Positions 58,145-64,000 of a stretch of DNA of 64,000 nucleotides are shown here, piece by piece. Source of the DNA: the human T2T-CHM13v2.0 reference genome, Homo sapiens. Each line of letters starts with the position of its first letter. The first letter of the stretch is position 1. Location of the stretch: the NCBI RefSeq assembly GCF_009914755.1, contig NC_060948.1; one strand, given 5' to 3'. The position numbers and the translations under genes are program-made. A model generated the notes under the pieces. That model made no database searches and was not told the origin of the DNA. It saw only the letters and a list, made by a program, of their open reading frames with translations.

Positions 58145-61100
58145 AGAGTGATATCAGCAAAATGGCAGAGTAAGAGATAGCTGCAAAATACATTTACTGG
58201 TTATCAGTTCTAAGAAAAGACACAAACTGCATGGAGAATAGTAAAGATCATCACTATAAGAACCACCAGGAATAGGAGTCTAGTAACTGAATTCAGCCCA
58301 CTGTAGCCTACAATGCTGCTTTACCACTTGTCCCAGTCTGGTTAAACAGAACATTCACACACATAACTTATATGAAGCAGATTTATTACTTATAGGTAGG
58401 CAAGAAAGGACAGCAGACTCTAGGATTTATGATAAGCCAGTATCCCAAGGCTCCTAAAATCTGCCAAGGGCAGAAGGAATCTTGGCTGTGCATGCACTAC
58501 TTCAAGGACCCTGGGAGTTAGCCCATATCTATTTCCCAGGGGCAACTCGTTTTGCTGAACTGGAGTTGACGTTTTGTTTCTAAGGCAGACAGAAACAGAG
58601 TGTGGGCTCTCTTGGGGGCAATTCTTCCCTCTCTCAAAATATTACTTTCTTTGGGAAGGGCAGAAACAAGCCTGGGCTGTTTTAGGTAGTTCCTCCCGAT
58701 CAAGGGATCTTGCATTCCCAGCTTATTCTACATCCTCTTGCTTGTTGTTTTCAGAATAATTGTAGATTTCATGTTCAGCTATTCATGAACAAAATTGTGT
58801 TGAGTTCAAAGGTCCATTTAAAAACCTGTAGCAAAACAGTGGAGCAACAACAACAAAATAGAGAATAATAGTACAGAATGAATCACTGGGGAAACAAGCA
58901 CACCTGTGATGTTTGCAGATGGCTAAGTCAAAGAACAAGGGTGGCTATCAGGGTCAACCAAGCAGCAAGTGCCAAGGCAGTCCCCAGGGGTTGTTTGCAG
59001 AGGATACTGGCACACTTACACACACAACTGAGGTAACAATAGCCACCCATACCTTGGAATCCCCAGATTGAGAGACATCCCGTGGTTCGCTCCAGTAAGA
59101 AAGAACCCTGGTATTAGAGCCACTAACCCCTCGCAATCCTGTGCCCACCACTGACCCAGAACCAAGGCAGTTACATCCATACACATTCTCCAGACCCTAG
59201 CTCTGCCACAGCTATGCATGTGCTCACTTTTGCGAACCTGGCTCTCCAACAGCAGCATCTCATGCATCTGAAACTCTAATAGACAAGCCACAATTTCTGG
59301 GAGCTAACTATGGCTTCCAGGCCTGGGTCACTTTTAGAAGATAAACACCAGCAGGAGTGAGGGGTTCTCTGGGTGGAGGGAATCACTCTGAGCCATATTT
59401 CAAATATGAGCTCTGAAAAATAAAATGGTAAATTTTCTCAAGAAAGGAAACAGTAATAAATCGATAGATGTTAATCCCACTATGTCAATAATCACTTTAA
59501 TTAAATGAACAGTCGATGGTGTAAATGCACTAATTAAACGAATGTAGATTTTCAAAATTGGTCAAAAACAGTACCCACTTTAAATTTAAATAAAGGCATT
59601 GAGAAATATATTAAGCTAACACTAATCAAAAGAAAGCAAGAGTAGTTACATTAATTTCAGACAGAGTGTCTTCAAAGGAAGGAAGGTTGTCTTCAAAAAA
59701 GCCGACCATTACCTAATGACAAAGGGTTCAATTCTCCAAGGACACAAAACAATTCTTAATGTGCACAGACCTAACAATTGAGCATCAAATACATGAGGCA
59801 AAAACTAATGGAACTGCAAGGAAAAATAGGCAAATCCACTATCATAGAGACTTCAACATCCATCTATCAGTAATGAACAGGCTGAGCAGTCAGAAAATGA
59901 GTAAAGACATAGTGGAACTCAAAGTCACCACCAACCAAAGGGATACAATTGACACACATAAATGACTCCATCCATCAATAGTAGAAAACACAATCTCCTC
60001 AAGGTCACATGGAATATTCACTGAGACAATAGTTAACAATAACAATATTGCACTGGGTACTGGAAATTTGCTGAGGCTAGACTGTAAGGGTTCTTACCAC
60101 AAGCACACAGAGAGGTAACCATGTGGGATGATAGATATGTAGTAATTATTTAACTCTGTATATGTATATGAAAATATTTGTTGTACATCTTAATATATAT
60201 ACATGTACATATATATGTACACCTTAAATATAAACAATAAAAATAAATAAGAAAAAACTTGCATTTACAATAGCATAAAAAAGAATAAAATACTTAGCAA
60301 TAAACTTACGGAGGTGGAAAACATATGTAATGAAAACTATAAACATATTGATGAAAGAAACTGAAGTCACAAATAAAGAGAAATAAAATCTGTGTTCCTT
60401 TATTGAAAGGATTAAGGTTGTTAAAATGCACACTACCCACACCAATCTACAGATTTCATATAATTGTTATTAAAATCCCAGTGTCCTTTCTTTGTAGAAA
60501 TAGAAAAAACAATCATGCAATTCATATGGAAACACAAAAAACTCAAAGTAGTCAAAGCAATTCTGAGAAAGAACAAAGCTGATGGCATCACATTTCTTAT
60601 TTCAAAATATATTGTAACATTCTGGACATTATAGCACCGTCATAAAAACAGACAAAAAGACTGTGAAAAAGAACAGAAAGCCCAGAAATAAATCGATACA
60701 TATACTCTCAACTGATCTGCATTCCAGTAGGGAGACAAGAAACACAATGATGAAAAAAGATAATCTCTCCAATAAATGGTGTTGGAAATATTGGACAGCC
60801 ACATGCAAAAGAATAAGTTGGATCCTTGACTTAGACTATACACAAAAACTAACTCAAATGCATTAAAGAATTAAACTGAAAACTTGAGACTGTGAAACCT
60901 CTGCAGTGGAACACAGTGGAAAAGTTTCATGATACTGGGCTTGATAATGATTTTTTGAATATGATATCAAAAGTACAGGCAAGAAAGCAAAGTTAGATAA
61001 GTTGGACTATAATAAACTCAAAGCCTTCTGCACAGCAAAGGAAACAACCGACAGAGTAAAACAGCAACCTGTGGAATGGAATATATTTGCTCATATATCT

Positions 61101-62530
61101 GATAAGGAATTAATATAAAAAAATCAGCAACTCCTACAATGCCACAGCAAAAAAATAATTAGAAACGGGCAAAGCACCTGAGTAGACATTTCTCAAAATG
61201 GTCAACAGGCATATGGAAAGGTGGTCAACTTCATTACAGTCATTAGAGAAATACAGATCCAAACCACAGTAAGATATAACCTCAAACCTGTTAGAATGGC
61301 TATCACTTAAAAAAACAAAATACAATGTGTTGGTGAAGATGTAGAGACATTAGAACCTAGTACACTTTGATGGGAATGCAAATGGTGACACTGCTATAAA
61401 AATAGTATGAAGTTTCCTCAAAAAATTAAAAACAATAATCAAATAATCCAGCAATCCCATCTTGGCATATATACAATAGAATTGAAATAAGGATCTTGAA
61501 GAGATATTGCATTCCTATGTGTGGTATAGCTTTATTCATAGTAGCCAAATTATGGAAACAACATAAATGTTTTTCTACAGATGAATGGATAAAGAAAGTG
61601 TGTTATATACACACAATTGAATACTATTCAGCCTTTAAAAAGAAGGAAATTGTATCAATTGTAAACAGATGGGTGAATCTGGAAGACATTATAGGAAATA
61701 AGAAGCCAGGCACACAAAGACAAATACTGCATTATCTCATTTATTTGTGGGATGTAAAAAATGTTGCACTCATTAAATAAAATGTAGAATGGTGGTTATG
61801 AGAGCCTGCGAGCAGAGAGGAAAGGGGCTGACAAGATGTTGGTCAAAGAGTACAGAGTTTCAGCTAGAGAGGAAGAAAATATTTTTGAGATCGACTACAT
61901 AACATAGTGACTACGGTTAATAATATTGTAACGTACATTTCAAAATTGCTAAAAGAGTAGGTTTTAAATGTTTTTACCACCACAAGATAAGTATGTGAGG
62001 TGAAGAGTATGTTAATTAGCTCAATTTAATTATTCCATAATGTATATATATATCAAAACATCAAATTGTACCCCATAAATAGATATAATTATTATTTTTC
62101 AACTGAATACAAAAATACAAAAGAAAATGTGATATTTATAAACAATGAAATAGTATTCAGCCTTGAAAAGAAGGAAATCCTGCCATATGGATAAATCACA
62201 ACATGGATAAACCTGTAGGACATTCTGCTAAGTGAAGCAAGGGATAGACAGACAAATACTGCATGATTTCATTTATGTGACGTGTCTGAAAGAGTCAAAC
62301 TCACAGAAAGAGAGAGTAGGATAGTTGTTGCCAATGGCTGGGAAAGGGGAAACAGGGAGTGCTGTCCAAGAAGTGAAAGTTTCAGTTAAGCAAGTAAGTT
62401 CTAGAGCTCTACTGTGCAGCATTGTGACTATAGTTGTGGAGCACTGTGACTATAGTTAGCAATATGTATTATACACTTAAAAAATGTGTTAAAAGGATAG
62501 ATCTTATGTTATCTTTTCATACCACAATTT
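58145..62530 (+). mobile_element. Cluster of old L1M/L1MA/L1MB pieces (5' end, endonuclease region, ORF2 3' half, several 3' UTRs)
   Basis: aaaatggcagagtaag 5' motif; RDFNIHLSVMNR (endonuclease region, ORF 59759); NLSNKWCWKYWTATCKR; ALFIVAKLWKQHKC; multiple 3' UTRs. Boundaries approximate. Confidence 0.82.
58280..58760 (-). mobile_element. ERVL LTR (MER54/MER73-like)
   Basis: Minus strand ctgggaatgcaagatcccttgatcgggaggaac...aataaatctgcttc; subfamily from memory. Confidence 0.55.
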
Positions 62531-62537
62531 TCTAAAG

Positions 62538-62839
<302 letters not shown>

Positions 62840-62870
62840 TTTAAAAGGTTTTAAAAAATAAAGCGTATGT

Positions 62871-63232
<362 letters not shown>

Positions 63233-63710
63233 TCAAAAAATAATTTTTAAATAAAATTAATAAATAACAAATATTTAAACATACTACTGGAGATTATTAG
63301 CTTAATTTAAAAATGTCATAAACCATCTTATGTCTATCAGTAGTGTGAGCTGACCCAGCCCATTACATGTGGTATCTGCTGCCCAGGTTTGTCCTCGCTG
63401 CCCCTGATCAGGAATATAGAGCACTTGATCTGTAGTTGCTAATCAGAGAGACTAAGAAGCAGATGGAAAGCCATGTGGAGAGGTGAACACACATACCAAG
63501 CAGCAAAGTTCTGTCTTCCCACGGGGAGAGAGGCCCCCTGTGGTAGACATACCAGCCAGCTAAGTTCAGCTTTTCTTCAAGCACTGATCTATAAGCAGGT
63601 CAGCCACTAAGTTACATAGTTATGCCTATATTCTCAGGTTTGAACAGAATTTCCTTTGTCACTCTCTGCAGTTGACCAAGAGAATTCTGAATGTATGCAT
63701 TGAACATTTA

Positions 63711-63986
<276 letters not shown>

Positions 63987-64000
63987 TTATTGTAAAAGAT

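Overview
Primate (almost certainly human) Y-chromosome DNA from the AZFa region. The window begins in the last intron of DDX3Y and contains its terminal coding exon (314-393, ...[26 protein letters not shown]) and a ~2.35 kb 3' UTR with several poly(A) signals. On the minus strand (~11.6-30.5 kb) lies the decayed, intron-containing Y copy of CASK (CASKP1). I can read five exon relics and the 3' UTR; they carry stops, frameshifts and broken splice sites, and two have Alus inserted inside them. The rest is mostly nested mobile DNA: an LTR1/HUERS-P2-type gag-only provirus, a near-complete LTR9/HUERS-P3-type gag-pro-pol-env provirus with MER11, MST, LTR13 and Alu insertions, an L1-mobilised polyadenylated retrocopy of a MER50/HERV-FRD transcript with a syncytin-2-like env TM, old L1s and about 30 Alus. 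I found no intact novel gene or new biological system. The most unusual signals are mechanistic fossils: the FRD-like retrocopy, a three-part templated insertion at 45.9 kb, an ectopic copy of a pol/MST junction at 41.5 kb, a PBS-bearing TSD-less LTR13 junction, and a few non-repeat-looking stretches I could not assign. Repeat family names and CASK/syncytin-2 comparisons come from memory of those sequences, not from a search.
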